A stretch of DNA of 64,000 bases, from assembly GCA_040374085.1 (NCBI GenBank), contig JBEIVB010000002.1, forward strand, positions 9,621 through 73,620, in the 5' to 3' direction. Below, piece by piece: positions 49,060-59,800 of this stretch; within the stretch, counting starts at the first letter, position 1; the number at the start of each line of letters is the position of its first letter. The notes beneath the pieces are model-generated. The model was not told the DNA's origin, did not search any database, and saw only the letters and a program-made list of their open reading frames with translations. The position numbers and the translations under genes were made by a program. The stretch comes from Flavobacteriales bacterium (GTDB lineage Bacteria > Bacteroidota > Bacteroidia > UBA4408).

Positions 49060-49962
49060 TTATCTTTTGGGGTAGAAAGTGCCTCTTGCTGCGTCTAAGG
49101 TGTTGGCCAGGAGACTAACGATGGTCATGGGGCCAACGCCGCCCGGGACAGGGGTAATGCGGCTGCAGATGGGCAATACGGCTTCGTAGTCCACATCGCC
49201 GCACAGCTTGTAGCCTTTGGGCAGGGACGCATCGGGTATGCGGTGTATGCCCACGTCGATCACCACCGCGCCTTCGCGCACGTGCTGAGGCCCAATGAAA
49301 AGGGGCTTGCCTAAGGCAGCCACTAAGATGTCGGCAGTGCTGCAAAGGGTTTCCAAGTCCTTGGTTTTGCTGTGGCAAAGGGTAACGGTGCAATTGCCCG
49401 GGTTGGAGTTACGCGCCAGCAAGATGCTCACCGGCGACCCTACAATGTGGCTTCTGCCCACCACCACAACGTGCTGGCCCTCTGTGGCGATGCCGGAATG
49501 CTCCAACATTTTTACGATTCCAAAGGGTGTGGCGGGCAAAAACGCCGGCAGATTCAGAGCCATGCGCCCAATGTTCGATGGGTGAAAGCCATCTACATCT
49601 TTGCTGGGTAAAATAGACTCAACTACATGCAGTTCCGAGATGTGACGGGGCAAGGGAAGCTGAACAATAAATCCATCGATCTCCGGATCTTGATTGAGCT
49701 TGTTTATTTTCCCCATCAGCTGCTCTTCGGTAATGGTACTTGTGCACCGCACTAAGCTCGAGGTGAAGCCAACGGTCTCGCACATGCGATGTTTGTTGGC
49801 AACATAGGTTTCGCTCGCACCATCGTTCCCAATCAGGACCGCACTCAAGTGGGGACGCTTGCCTCCACGATCTACCCACTCTTTGGTTTGCTGGGCAATG
49901 TCTTGTATGAGTGCCTCTGATATGGCTTTGCCATCGATGTGTTTGGGATTGCCTGACATCAC
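49060..49962 (-). CDS. folD: Bifunctional methylenetetrahydrofolate dehydrogenase/cyclohydrolase
   Basis: ...IDGKAISEAL...LSAVLIGNDGASETYV...VVVVGRSHIVG...TPVPGGVGPMT... Confidence 0.9.
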   Translation of the reverse strand: MMSGNPKHIDGKAISEALIQDIAQQTKEWVDRGGKRPHLSAVLIGNDGASETYVANKHRMCETVGFTSSLVRCTSTITEEQLMGKINKLNQDPEIDGFIVQLPLPRHISELHVVESILPSKDVDGFHPSNIGRMALNLPAFLPATPFGIVKMLEHSGIATEGQHVVVVGRSHIVGSPVSILLARNSNPGNCTVTLCHSKTKDLETLCSTADILVAALGKPLFIGPQHVREGAVVIDVGIHRIPDASLPKGYKLCGDVDYEAVLPICSRITPVPGGVGPMTIVSLLANTLDAARGTFYPKR

Positions 49963-49979
49963 GTTGTTTTATAATACAA

Positions 49980-51326
49980 TTATCGTTTTTGCATGTTGGG
50001 CATGTTCCGCATCATTTTCGCCATTTGCTCACGATCTCCCATCATGCGCATCATCTTGCGCATGTCTTCAAACTGCTTCAACATTTTGTTCACTTCTTGT
50101 ATGGATTGTCCGCTGCCTTTTGAAATGCGCATCCTCCTGCTTCCATTCAACAACTCGGGTTGTTCTCTTTCTGCCGGTGTCATGCTGAAGATAATGGCCT
50201 CTATGCCCTTAAAGGCATCCTCGTTGATGTCGAGATCTTTGGCCATCTTGCCCATTCCCGGAATCATGCCCATAAGATCTTTGATGTTGCCCATCTTTTT
50301 GATTTGCTGGAGTTGACCCAGAAAATCATTGAAGTTGAATTGATTCTTGGCAATTTTCTTTTGAAGTTTACGGGCCTCTTCCTCGTTGAACTGCTCGCGC
50401 GCCCGCTCCACCAACGATACCACGTCGCCCATGCCCAGAATCCGGTCGGCCATGCGCTCGGGATAGAAGACATCGAGGGCATCCATTTTTTCGCCGGTAC
50501 CCACAAACTTAATGGGCTTGTCTACCACGGCACGAATGGATAGGGCTGCTCCACCGCGGGTATCGCCGTCGAGTTTGGTGAGCACAACGCCATCAAAATT
50601 CAATCGGTCGTTGAAGGCTTTGGCGGTGTTTACTGCGTCCTGCCCGGTCATGGAGTCCACCACAAACAGGGTCTCTGAAGGACGAATGGCCTGCTTTACT
50701 CGGGCAATCTCCTGCATCATCTCTTCGTCGATGGCAAGGCGACCGGCCGTATCTACTAAAACAACTTGTATGTTGTTGTTCTTGGCATGTTCAATGGCTC
50801 GGGTGGCAATGTCAACGGGATCTTTGGAAGATGTATCGGCAAAGACTTCGATGCCCAGTTGAGCCCCTAGGGTTTGCAATTGGTTGATGGCGGCCGGACG
50901 GTACACGTCGCAGGCTACCAGCAAAACCGATTTTCCCTTTTTTGTTTTTATAAGATTGGCGAGTTTGCCGGAAAAGGTAGTTTTTCCCGAGCCTTGCAAG
51001 CCGCTCATCAAGACCACAGCGGGTTTTCCGGGCTCGCCTTTTAGGTTGATCTCGGCACTCTGTCCACCCATTAGCGCCGTAAGCTCTTCGTGGGTTATCT
51101 TAATCATGAGCTGCCCAGGAGAAATGGCGGTAAGCACCTGCTGTCCGAGGGCCTTAGTTTTTACGGACTCGGTAAATTGCTTGGCAATTTTATAATTAAC
51201 GTCTGCATCGAGCAAGGCTTTGCGCACCTCTTTTAAGGTCTCGGCAACGTTGATGTCGCTGATTTGGCCTTGCCCTTTCAGCACCTTGAACGCGCGCTCA
51301 AATTTTTCGCTTAGATTTTCAAACAT
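49980..51326 (-). CDS. ffh: Signal recognition particle protein
   Basis: N-domain plus G-domain with P-loop GLQGSGKTT and ...DTAGR..., M-domain Met-rich C-terminus (...MMRMMGDREQMAKMMRNMPNM...). Confidence 0.9.
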   Translation of the reverse strand: MFENLSEKFERAFKVLKGQGQISDINVAETLKEVRKALLDADVNYKIAKQFTESVKTKALGQQVLTAISPGQLMIKITHEELTALMGGQSAEINLKGEPGKPAVVLMSGLQGSGKTTFSGKLANLIKTKKGKSVLLVACDVYRPAAINQLQTLGAQLGIEVFADTSSKDPVDIATRAIEHAKNNNIQVVLVDTAGRLAIDEEMMQEIARVKQAIRPSETLFVVDSMTGQDAVNTAKAFNDRLNFDGVVLTKLDGDTRGGAALSIRAVVDKPIKFVGTGEKMDALDVFYPERMADRILGMGDVVSLVERAREQFNEEEARKLQKKIAKNQFNFNDFLGQLQQIKKMGNIKDLMGMIPGMGKMAKDLDINEDAFKGIEAIIFSMTPAEREQPELLNGSRRMRISKGSGQSIQEVNKMLKQFEDMRKMMRMMGDREQMAKMMRNMPNMQKR

Positions 51327-51390
51327 GGTATGGAAAATAGGTGTGCAAAGATAGGAAAGTACAGGCCGCAGTTTGGTGTGGATTCACCGC

Positions 51391-51428
51391 AAAAAAAAAG
51401 ATGCCCCCCGTTTGGAAGGCATCTTTTA
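51391..51428 (-). terminator. Intrinsic terminator downstream of pckA on the minus strand
   Basis: AAGATGCC-ccccgtttggaa-GGCATCTT hairpin preceded on the plus strand by A9, so it is followed by U9 on the minus-strand transcript. Confidence 0.65.
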
Positions 51429-51448
51429 GAGCATGCATTGGGTTGGCT

Positions 51449-53068
51449 TTACGCGTTGACGGCAACTTGAGGTGCAGCAGCTAAAATCTCTGCGTTGGCG
51501 TTGGCCGCGTACTGCTCGAAATTCTTGATGAAAGAAGCCGCCAGGCTCTTGGCTTTTGCATCGTATGCCGCGCCGTCTTCCCAAGTGGCTTTTGGGTTGA
51601 GCAACTCGCTGGGCACATCGGGGCAAGTGGTGGGGTAGTGCAGGTTAAACACCGGCAAGACTTCATACTTGGCGTTGTTGAGCGAGCCGTTGAGGGCTGC
51701 GGTAATCAGAGCGCGGGTGTAAGACAGCTTAATGCGGCTTCCCACACCAAACGATCCGCCCGACCAACCGGTGTTTACCAACCATACGTTGATGTCGGAA
51801 CCTTCTAGTTTTTTACCCAAAAGCTCGGCATAGCGCGTTGGATGGAGCGGAAGGAACACTTTTCCGAAGCAAGCTGAAAAGGTTAAGGTGGGTTCTGTTA
51901 CGCCAATTTCGGTGCCCGCCACCTTTGCCGTGTATCCGCTGATGAAGTGGTACATGGCCTGACCCTTAGTGAGTTTGGAGATGGGTGGCAACACGCCGTT
52001 GGCGTCGCAGGTGAGGAAGAAAATATTTTTTGGAGCCGGACCAACCGACGGTTCTACCGCATTGTCGATGTGGTAGATGGGGTAAGCCACTCGGGTGTTT
52101 TCCGTTTTGCTGATGTTGTGAAAATCTACTTCTCCGAACTGGTTCTTAAACTCGATGTTTTCGAGCATGGCACCAAAGCGTATGGCGTTGTAGATCTGCG
52201 GCTCTTTTTCCTGGGTAAGGTCAACGCACTTAGCGTAGCAACCTCCTTCGAAGTTGAACACGCCGTGGTCGCTCCAGCCGTGCTCATCGTCGCCGATGAG
52301 GCCACGGTTGGGATCGGCAGAAAGTGTGGTTTTACCGGTTCCCGACAGACCGAAGAACAGTGCGGTGTCTCCATCTTTGCCCAAATTGGCGGAGCAGTGC
52401 ATGGAAAGAACGCCATTGCGGTGGGGCAAAAGGTAGTTCAACAAGGAGAAGATTCCTTTTTTGATTTCGCCTGTGTATGCGGTGCCCCCAATGAGGATGC
52501 ACTTACGGGTTAAATTTAATACGGCAAAGTTATGCTGACGGGTTCCGTCGATGGCGGGGTCGGCTTTGAAGCCCGGTGCGCAGATGATGTGCCAGTCGGG
52601 ATCGAAACGCATCAGCTCATCCTCAGTTGGGCGAAGGAAAAGGTTGTGGGCAAACAGGTTGCTCCAGGGGAATTCAGTCACCACACGGATGTTTAAGCGG
52701 TAGGCCGGATCGGCGCAGGCATAAGCATCGCGCACATACACCTCTTTGCCTGCCAGGTAGGCACACATGCGGTTGTGCAGGATTTCGAAGCGCTGGGCAT
52801 CAAATGGGATGTTTACATCGCCCCACCAAACGGAATCTTCGGTTTGCGCATCCTTAACGATGAATTTGTCTTTGGGTGAGCGCCCGGTAAATTCGCCCGT
52901 GTCAACGGCCAAAGCTCCGGTGTTGCTCAATACCCCTTCCCCCCGTACAATGGTTTCTTCAACCAGCTCGGCCGGACTCAAGTTCCAGTAAGCTGCCTCC
53001 ACATGGCTTAATCCCAGCTGAGCCAAGGATGCATGCGGTGCTTTGGTGCCATAATCGTTCATGGGCAA
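51449..53068 (-). CDS. pckA: Phosphoenolpyruvate carboxykinase (ATP)
   Basis: ...FFGLSGTGKTTLS... kinase-1a, ...IGDDEHGW..., full-length PckA pattern. Confidence 0.9.
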   Translation of the reverse strand: MPMNDYGTKAPHASLAQLGLSHVEAAYWNLSPAELVEETIVRGEGVLSNTGALAVDTGEFTGRSPKDKFIVKDAQTEDSVWWGDVNIPFDAQRFEILHNRMCAYLAGKEVYVRDAYACADPAYRLNIRVVTEFPWSNLFAHNLFLRPTEDELMRFDPDWHIICAPGFKADPAIDGTRQHNFAVLNLTRKCILIGGTAYTGEIKKGIFSLLNYLLPHRNGVLSMHCSANLGKDGDTALFFGLSGTGKTTLSADPNRGLIGDDEHGWSDHGVFNFEGGCYAKCVDLTQEKEPQIYNAIRFGAMLENIEFKNQFGEVDFHNISKTENTRVAYPIYHIDNAVEPSVGPAPKNIFFLTCDANGVLPPISKLTKGQAMYHFISGYTAKVAGTEIGVTEPTLTFSACFGKVFLPLHPTRYAELLGKKLEGSDINVWLVNTGWSGGSFGVGSRIKLSYTRALITAALNGSLNNAKYEVLPVFNLHYPTTCPDVPSELLNPKATWEDGAAYDAKAKSLAASFIKNFEQYAANANAEILAAAPQVAVNA

Positions 53069-53758
53069 TGAAAAATGTTTGGTTTAGACCGACAAAAATA
53101 GGCTTTTTTTGGGGGGCAGCCTGCCTTGGCTCCTTATCCCAACCCCCTGATTAGCAAAGTCTTGCAATATTAAGTGTAGAATAGACACTTTGGAAATGGA
53201 TGACGAGGGGGGAATATTTGAGGCGAATGGGAGATACGTGGCGAGGATAAAGCAGTTTAGGACATGCAGGCGTTGTTTGTATTTCTGTTGTTGGTTTTGA
53301 ATTGGGGTGTTGAGGGCAGTAGGGTAGATGCCGCGTTTTGTATGAAACTGGGCCCAGTTGGAAACAAGATGATCCCTTCTTTTTCATCCGATGGCAAAGT
53401 CGAATGCATTCGGCTTTTTTTCGATTAGCCGTGTTCTTTTTAATTTTTATTATAAATTATTAATAATTAAACCTGTTCCTATAACCCATAAGGTGACATT
53501 TGTGTTGAATCGTGTTTCCATCCTATTGGTCTCAATGTCTGCAAAGCTCTGAATTGAATAAAATGGAATAGGCTCAATTTAATAGGCCGTAATAGGGTGC
53601 GGTATGCACCAACTGAACTTGTTATGTTATTATTATTCCTTTTTTATGAAAATTGAAAAAAAGTTTGTCAATCATACAAGATTTTACAAGAGGCTGTATG
53701 AATGGTCTCTGATCGATGCCATCTCTGATTTCAGGTACTGCCCGAAGGCGGTGTTTTT
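53069..53758. other. 690-bp AT-rich non-coding island between pckA and the downstream small lipoprotein gene
   Basis: No credible ORF. Local AT content is much higher than in the flanking genes (for example ttttaatttttattataaattattaataattaaacc). A plus-strand hairpin plus T7 lies at 53737-53760. Confidence 0.6.
53093..53100 (-). promoter_or_regulatory. Candidate pckA promoter -7 box (TATTTTTG on the minus strand)
   Basis: Plus-strand CAAAAATA at 53093-53100, 24 nt upstream of the pckA ATG. Confidence 0.35.
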
Positions 53759-54160
53759 TTACCTTATGTTCTCACACCTGCTGTTCTCGGTAATGCGCAC
53801 CAGCTCGTGGCCTTGCATCATGGTGGTGATTTCGGCCACGAGGTCTTTTTGTTGGCGGGGATTCAGCTCGTTCAGCAACAGGCAGAAATCTACTTCTCCC
53901 TCCCTGCCCCAAGGAACCGACAAAGGATTTAGGTTCAATTTGCGTGTGGTTTGGGCATCGGCCATGAAGCCTTCGAACTGTTTCCGCATCTTGTAATCGA
54001 TGCCTTCTCCCTTGCTGTAGAACGAAACCACCAACCGAAATGTGGTGTTGGGACCTGCGGGTGCAGGAGGTTGAGATGCCTGAGCCGGCTTTTGGGTACT
54101 GCGGCAAGCAAGGGGGGCGACGGCGGCTGAAAGCAGGGTGGCCAAGACAAAGAAGCGCAT
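53759..54160 (-). CDS. Small lipoprotein (hypothetical)
   Basis: MRFFVLATLLSAAVAPLAC lipobox followed by a roughly 110-aa soluble domain. The ORF-track start at 54244 is an extension. Confidence 0.55.
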   Translation of the reverse strand: MRFFVLATLLSAAVAPLACRSTQKPAQASQPPAPAGPNTTFRLVVSFYSKGEGIDYKMRKQFEGFMADAQTTRKLNLNPLSVPWGREGEVDFCLLLNELNPRQQKDLVAEITTMMQGHELVRITENSRCENIR

Positions 54161-54230
54161 AGAGAAAGTTTTTGAGCACACGAATGCCAACAAAGAAACA
54201 AAAAGCCGCTTATTTTGGTGCCGCAATTTC

Positions 54231-54794
54231 ATGAGCTTAAACAAACTGCAACCGGCAAGAGGAAGGGTGCTGATCAGCGACCCCGCATTGGAAGAATATT
54301 ATTTCCACCGTGCGGTGGTGCTGCTCACCGAGTTCAACGAGGAGGGCGCCGTTGGCTTTGTGCTCAACAAGCCTATGGAGTTAACCCTGGGTCAGGCGGT
54401 TAGCGAACTGAGTTCGGTTGAACTTCCTGTTTTTTTAGGCGGACCGGTGGGCAAAGACAACATGTTTTATTTGCATACACTGGGAGCCTTGCTGCCTGGT
54501 AGCTTAGAAATCATTCCCGGGCTGTGGTTTGGGGGTGAGTACCAAGAACTGAGGAGCCTGTTTTTGAAAGGACGAGTTCCCGAGCACGCCATCCGATTTT
54601 TTATTGGGTATTCTGGCTGGAGCCCAGGACAATTGGAAGAAGAGTTGGAGGAGAAAGCCTGGATTGTGGCCAAGGCTCGCCCCGAATGGTGCTTTGAGCC
54701 TCAGCCCGAGAACCTTTGGAGCAACATTCTTCGGGGCATGGGCAGCGATTATGCCTTGTTGGCCAATTTTCCTGAGGATCCTTCGCTTAACTAA
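54231..54794 (+). CDS. YqgE/AlgH-family (UPF0301) protein
   Basis: ...RGRVLISDPALEEYYFHRAVVLLTEFNEEGAVGFVLNKP...FLGGPV... Confidence 0.8.
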   Translation: MSLNKLQPARGRVLISDPALEEYYFHRAVVLLTEFNEEGAVGFVLNKPMELTLGQAVSELSSVELPVFLGGPVGKDNMFYLHTLGALLPGSLEIIPGLWFGGEYQELRSLFLKGRVPEHAIRFFIGYSGWSPGQLEEELEEKAWIVAKARPEWCFEPQPENLWSNILRGMGSDYALLANFPEDPSLN

Positions 54795-55156
54795 GCCTTC
54801 TTGCCCAGGGCGGCTGCAGCACCTTCAACGGATTTCTTAGCGCTGCCCACAAAAATTTGGCCGTTTATCAGCATCGTTGGGCGTTTTAAGAAGGTGTATT
54901 CCTCTACTATGAAACGACGGTAATCGGCTTCTTTCAACTCCATTTTATCCAATCCAAGTTGTCGATACTTCATGGCTATCCGGCTGAACAGGGCTTCGTA
55001 GGAGCCGGCCAGGTCCTTCATGCGATCGATTTCTGCTTCCGTGATGGGGCTTGATTTTATGTCCCGCAATACAACGTCATTTCCGGGTTTGAGGGTTTCA
55101 AGGATGCGTTTGCAGGTGCCGCAGTTGGGCAGGTAAAAGATGGTGTTGTGTTTCAT
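54791..55156 (-). CDS. ArsC/Spx-family protein (YffB-like)
   Basis: MKHNTIFYLPNCGTCKR... thioredoxin-like fold with N-terminal CxxC; 3' ends converge with the YqgE gene. Confidence 0.7.
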   Translation of the reverse strand: MKHNTIFYLPNCGTCKRILETLKPGNDVVLRDIKSSPITEAEIDRMKDLAGSYEALFSRIAMKYRQLGLDKMELKEADYRRFIVEEYTFLKRPTMLINGQIFVGSAKKSVEGAAAALGKKA

Positions 55157-55217
55157 AGCATACCTTAACCTTTCGGCGTAAGGTTTTGTTCTATATTGCC
55201 CCTGAAAATTCCAGTCT

Positions 55218-56291
55218 GTGTCTGCTCAAGAACCCGATGTTGCCCAACTCTCGAAGCCCTGGAGGCTTTGGGTGCCGGTGCTCTTGGGTTTGGTGGTTAC
55301 GGGCGTATTGATGGCGCGCAGCTTTAAGCCGGGCGCTTTTGATGGGGTAGTGTGGGGTTGGAATACCGTAGCATGGCTGGGTGTAGCCCTTTTGCTGGTG
55401 GTGGTGCGCGATGCTGCCTACATGGTGCGCATACGGTTACTTTCGGGCAAATCGCTTTCGTGGCGTCAAAGCTTTAGAGTTATAGCCTTGTGGGAGTTTT
55501 GCTCGGCGGTAATGCCGCAAGCATTGGGCGGTGGATTTGCTTTTGCCATGGCCATCATACACAAAGAGGGCGTTCGCTTGGGCAAGAGCATCAGCGTGGT
55601 GATGTTCTCTTCTTTTTTAGATGGGTTGTTTTTTGCCGTGGTGGCGCCCCTGGTTTATTTTGCTTTTGGCAAGGATGCCTTGTTTTCCAGTCTCAGCCTT
55701 GGACAAGGTGAGACCATGCATTATGGTGCTGCCTTAAATGCGACTTTCTGGACGATTTACAGCGTGGTGTTGGCGTACAAATTGTTGGTGGCCTATGCTT
55801 TGTTCATCAATGCCCGTGCGGTGAAAAAGTTTTTGTTGAGTGTATTTGGTTGGAAGCTGCTGCGCAAGTGGCGTCCTCAGGTATTGGAGATCAGCTCCGA
55901 TATGGTGGTTGCGGCGCACGAGTTGAAATCGAAGCGATTGGGCCACTGGCTTTCGAGCCTGTTCTGGACATTTGTGAGTTGGAGTTCTCGGTACCTTCTC
56001 ATCAACGCACTTCTTCAAGCCTTCGACACCCATACCTTGCCGCATGCCCTTCTGTATGCTCGACAGGTGGTGATGGGCATCTTGCTGGTGGGCTCGCCGG
56101 TGCCGGGCGGAGCGGGCCTTGCGGAATTGATGTTCTCCAACTTTTTGGGGCCTTTCATAAGCAACGCAGCACTCACCGTGGCCCTGGCCATTTTGTGGAG
56201 GTTGTTTAGCTACTATCCCTACCTTGTTTTGGGAAGCATTGTGCTGCCCAAGTGGATTCGGCGTGTGCGGTTAGGCTCCTCAAAAAAATGA
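55218..56291 (+). CDS. Flippase-like polytopic membrane protein (lysyl-phosphatidylglycerol-synthase TM-domain family, UPF0104-like)
   Basis: Eight to nine TM helices, no soluble catalytic domain; MprF-TM-like organisation. Confidence 0.6.
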   Translation: MSAQEPDVAQLSKPWRLWVPVLLGLVVTGVLMARSFKPGAFDGVVWGWNTVAWLGVALLLVVVRDAAYMVRIRLLSGKSLSWRQSFRVIALWEFCSAVMPQALGGGFAFAMAIIHKEGVRLGKSISVVMFSSFLDGLFFAVVAPLVYFAFGKDALFSSLSLGQGETMHYGAALNATFWTIYSVVLAYKLLVAYALFINARAVKKFLLSVFGWKLLRKWRPQVLEISSDMVVAAHELKSKRLGHWLSSLFWTFVSWSSRYLLINALLQAFDTHTLPHALLYARQVVMGILLVGSPVPGGAGLAELMFSNFLGPFISNAALTVALAILWRLFSYYPYLVLGSIVLPKWIRRVRLGSSKK

Positions 56292-56349
56292 GGTCACGTT
56301 TCAGGGGCTTTCCGTACGTTTGATGGAAATATTTCCAAAATTCTAAGCA

Positions 56350-56739
56350 ATGGAAACCGATGCAATGGCCCTTGGGCGTTTGTTTATGCTGTTGATTTGG
56401 CTTGTTTTGTTCGGGCAGTCTGCCGCATCCAAGCTAAGCGATTGGAAAGCAACTCGAGCATGGATTTCCGAATACTTCAGTAAGTCCATTTTGGCTCCAT
56501 CTGCGGGCATGATGCTGGTGGTGTTAACCGCAGTAGAATGTGCCGCAGCCCTAGCCTCGGGCTTGGGTGTGGCATCCCAGTTTTTGGGTCTGCACATCAG
56601 CACATTTCCTGCGCAGGCTCTGTCGCTTTCTGCCCTGTTGAGTATTTTCTTTGGGCAGAGGGTGGTGAAAGATTACGTTGCTGCTGCCAACACCGCCGTT
56701 TATTTGGGATTGGGCCTGTTGGGTTGTCTGTTGTATTAG
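56350..56739 (+). CDS. DoxX-family membrane protein
   Basis: 129 aa, four TM helices, DoxX-like. Confidence 0.6.
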   Translation: METDAMALGRLFMLLIWLVLFGQSAASKLSDWKATRAWISEYFSKSILAPSAGMMLVVLTAVECAAALASGLGVASQFLGLHISTFPAQALSLSALLSIFFGQRVVKDYVAAANTAVYLGLGLLGCLLY

Positions 56740-56873
56740 ATTTTAGTTGGGGGAAAAGGATTTGAAATCCGGTTTGGACCTTGCTTTTTTGGGTTAGTCG
56801 TCAAATTTGCTACTTTCGTGAGCTGAAACCTCCCCCGTTTCACCGAAAAAATCATAATCAATACCCTATAATC

Positions 56874-59800
56874 ATGAAGAAACTCTTCTTCTCTGCTTTG
56901 GCTTGCCTTGGATTCACGTTGGGCGCGCAGGCTCAAACGTATAACCAATCCACAACTCAGGTAAATACCTGTTCCGGAACCTATTACGATTCTGGCGGTG
57001 GAACCGCCGCTTATGGAAACAATGAGCTTTCGCTTTTTGTGATCAACCCAGCTACGCTCGGAAGCAGCGTTCGGGTAAGTTTTACCTCTTTTGCAACAGA
57101 GGCCAATTACGACACCCTTTTCATCTTCAACGGTAATACTACTTCCGCTCCTATACTGGCTGCATTGACCGGTACCTTGTCCCCCGGTTCGTTTACAGCC
57201 AGCAATGCAACCGGCTCGCTCTCATTTGGGTTTAAATCCGATGGCATCGTAACTGCAGCCGGTTGGGTAGCCACCATTTCTTGTGTAACATCTTCTGCGC
57301 CCCCTGTAGCGGCTTTTGTGGGCAACATCCTCAATCAGGTAGCAGGAGGATCTGTTAGCTTTTTTGATCAGAGCACCAACTCGCCCACCTCTTGGAGTTG
57401 GTCTTTTAGCGGCGGCAACCCTGCCACCTCCACTCTACAAAACCCCACCAACATTGTGTACAACACCCCGGGGTGCTATCAGGTATCGCTTACCGCAACC
57501 AACGCATCCGGCAGCAATACGGTTACTACTTCTTGCTACATCGACGTGGTAGCACCGGGAACCACCATTTATTGCGTGCCCAACCCTACAAACGGACCCA
57601 CCGACGGCGATTTCATCAACGGAGTTGTGTTGGGGAACATCAGCAACCTCAATTCGGGCTCTATCACGGGACCTCTGTACTCCTTCATTAACAACCAAGT
57701 CACCAATCTGAATTTGGGAACATCCTACACCCTACAAGTTACCTCCGGCACCTATGCCACCGACTATTACGCTGCTTGGATCGACTACAACGAAAACGGC
57801 ATATTTGAGAACCCTTCCGAACGTTTGGGTTTGCAGCAGAGTACGACTTCCGGACAGGTGTTGAGTTTTCCTTTTACGCCACCTACCTCTGCTGTTAGCG
57901 GCTACAGGGCAATGCGCGTGCGGTGTGCTTACGCCGCAACAGCCATGGACGCATGTACCGATTACGCGTTTGGAGAAACAGAAGATTACATTGTTAATTT
58001 GGTTGCTGCAGGCGTTCCGCCGGTGGCGAGTTTCACCTCCAATACCCAAGCCATTACCACGGGTGGCAGCGTCAACTTTTTCGATTCTTCATCCAACTTG
58101 CCTACTTCATGGAGTTGGTCATTTCCAGGTGGAACGCCTTCCACATCAACCCTTCAGAACCCAACGGTTTCATACAGTGCACCCGGTTGTTACAACGTTA
58201 CCCTTACTGCAACCAATGCATCTGGCAGCAACACGGTATCGCAAACTTGTTATGTAAACGTAACCGGCGGCTCTCTTTATTGTACTCCGGTGCACCTGAA
58301 TGCCTGCAGTTCTGGTGATAACATCAACACGGTGAGCATTACCGGAACCACACTCAACAACAGCGGTACAGGGTGTACCGCAGTTAATGGTGCCGCTTAT
58401 ACCATTTATCAGCCTACGGGTAACTTTACTGCTTCTCTAAATCGCGGGCAAAACTATACGTTCAACGTTACCACCTCTACCGCCAACATCATTTCCATTT
58501 GGATTGATTACAACCGAAATAATGTTTTTGAGACCAACGAATGGACTCAGGTAACCACCAGCTCAACGGCCGGTTTTCCATCCGTGGTAAACATCCTCAT
58601 TCCAACCAGCGCCCAATTGGGAACTACCGGAATGCGGGTACGCAGCCGCCTCACCAACAACCCCAACGCTGCTGCCGATGCGTGCACCAGTTTTGGCAGC
58701 GGTGAAACAGAAGATTATACCATTACCATTGTGAGTCCAAGCCAACCTCCTGCAGCCAGTTTTACGGCATCCAGCACCTCCATTTGTGCAGGCAGTTGTT
58801 TGAACTTTACCAGCACCAGCACGGGCAATCCAACATTGTACACTTGGACCTTCCAAGGTTCTTCTACCACCTCTTCTTCCTCCACAAACCCAAGCAACAT
58901 CTGCTGGGCCAATGCCGGCACCTACACGGTAACCTTAACCGTTTCCAACGCCAACGGCAGTTCATCTGCCACCCAAAGCATCACGGTAAATGCAGCTCCG
59001 GTTGCCAGTGCAGGATCTGATGTGACCATTTGTACAGGCGGATCCGGAGGTCAGCTTAACGCAACCTCCAGCCTAACCGGCAGCACCTTTAGCTGGAGCC
59101 CAACCACGGGCCTCAGCAACCCCAACATCTCCAATCCAGTTGCCAACCCGACTGTTACAACTGTTTACACAGTTACGGTAACCAAGAATGGTTGTTCTAC
59201 CACCGATCAAGTGGTGGTAACCGTAAACAGCGCCACCGCTCTGGCTGGGCCCGATGCCAGCATTTGTGCGGGCAGCTCCACCATTTTGTCGGTTTTAGGT
59301 ACAGGAACCTATTCTTGGAGTCCCACTACGGGTTTGAGCAATCCTTTTATTGCCGGCCCAAGTGCATCGCCCACCCAAACCACAACCTACACCGTTACGG
59401 TAAGCAACCAGGGCTGCACAGCCACCGATCAAGTGGTGGTAACGGTAAATCCGGTTCCGGTAGCCAATGCGGGGTCTGATGCATCCACCTGCAGCGGAAC
59501 CGGGGTTCAGCTCAATGCCACCTCCAGCCTCACCGGAAGCTCCTTTAGCTGGAGTCCTTCTGCAGGTTTGAACAACGCCAATATTTCCAACCCTGTTGCC
59601 ACGCCAAGCGCTACCACCACCTACACCGTAACCGTTTCGCGCAATGGATGCTCTGCAACCGACCAAGTGGTTGTAAACGTGAACAGTGTTTCTGCAAACG
59701 CCGGTGCCGATCAGGCAATTTGCCCGGGTGGAAATGTGCAGCTTTCTGCAAGCGGCGGAACCAGCTACAGCTGGAGTCCGGCCACCGGTCTCAGCAACGC

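Noticed and set aside
53151-53387. 78-aa ORF inside the AT-rich intergenic island
   Set aside because: It has no hydrophobic core, no Shine-Dalgarno or promoter context, and a low-complexity composition. The region is more likely non-coding (see finding). It could not be excluded as a small protein, but support is weak.
49980-53760. Looked for an SRP RNA (ffs) or other known structured RNA near ffh and in the intergenic island
   Set aside because: No match to the conserved SRP RNA domain IV sequence (…GGAAGCAGCC… type) was visible by eye, so this cannot be asserted without a covariance-model search.
53604-53996. 130-aa plus-strand ORF overlapping the small lipoprotein gene
   Set aside because: It runs through the plus-strand terminator hairpin and is antisense to a gene with a good lipoprotein signal. 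Its composition is Cys/Phe-rich nonsense.
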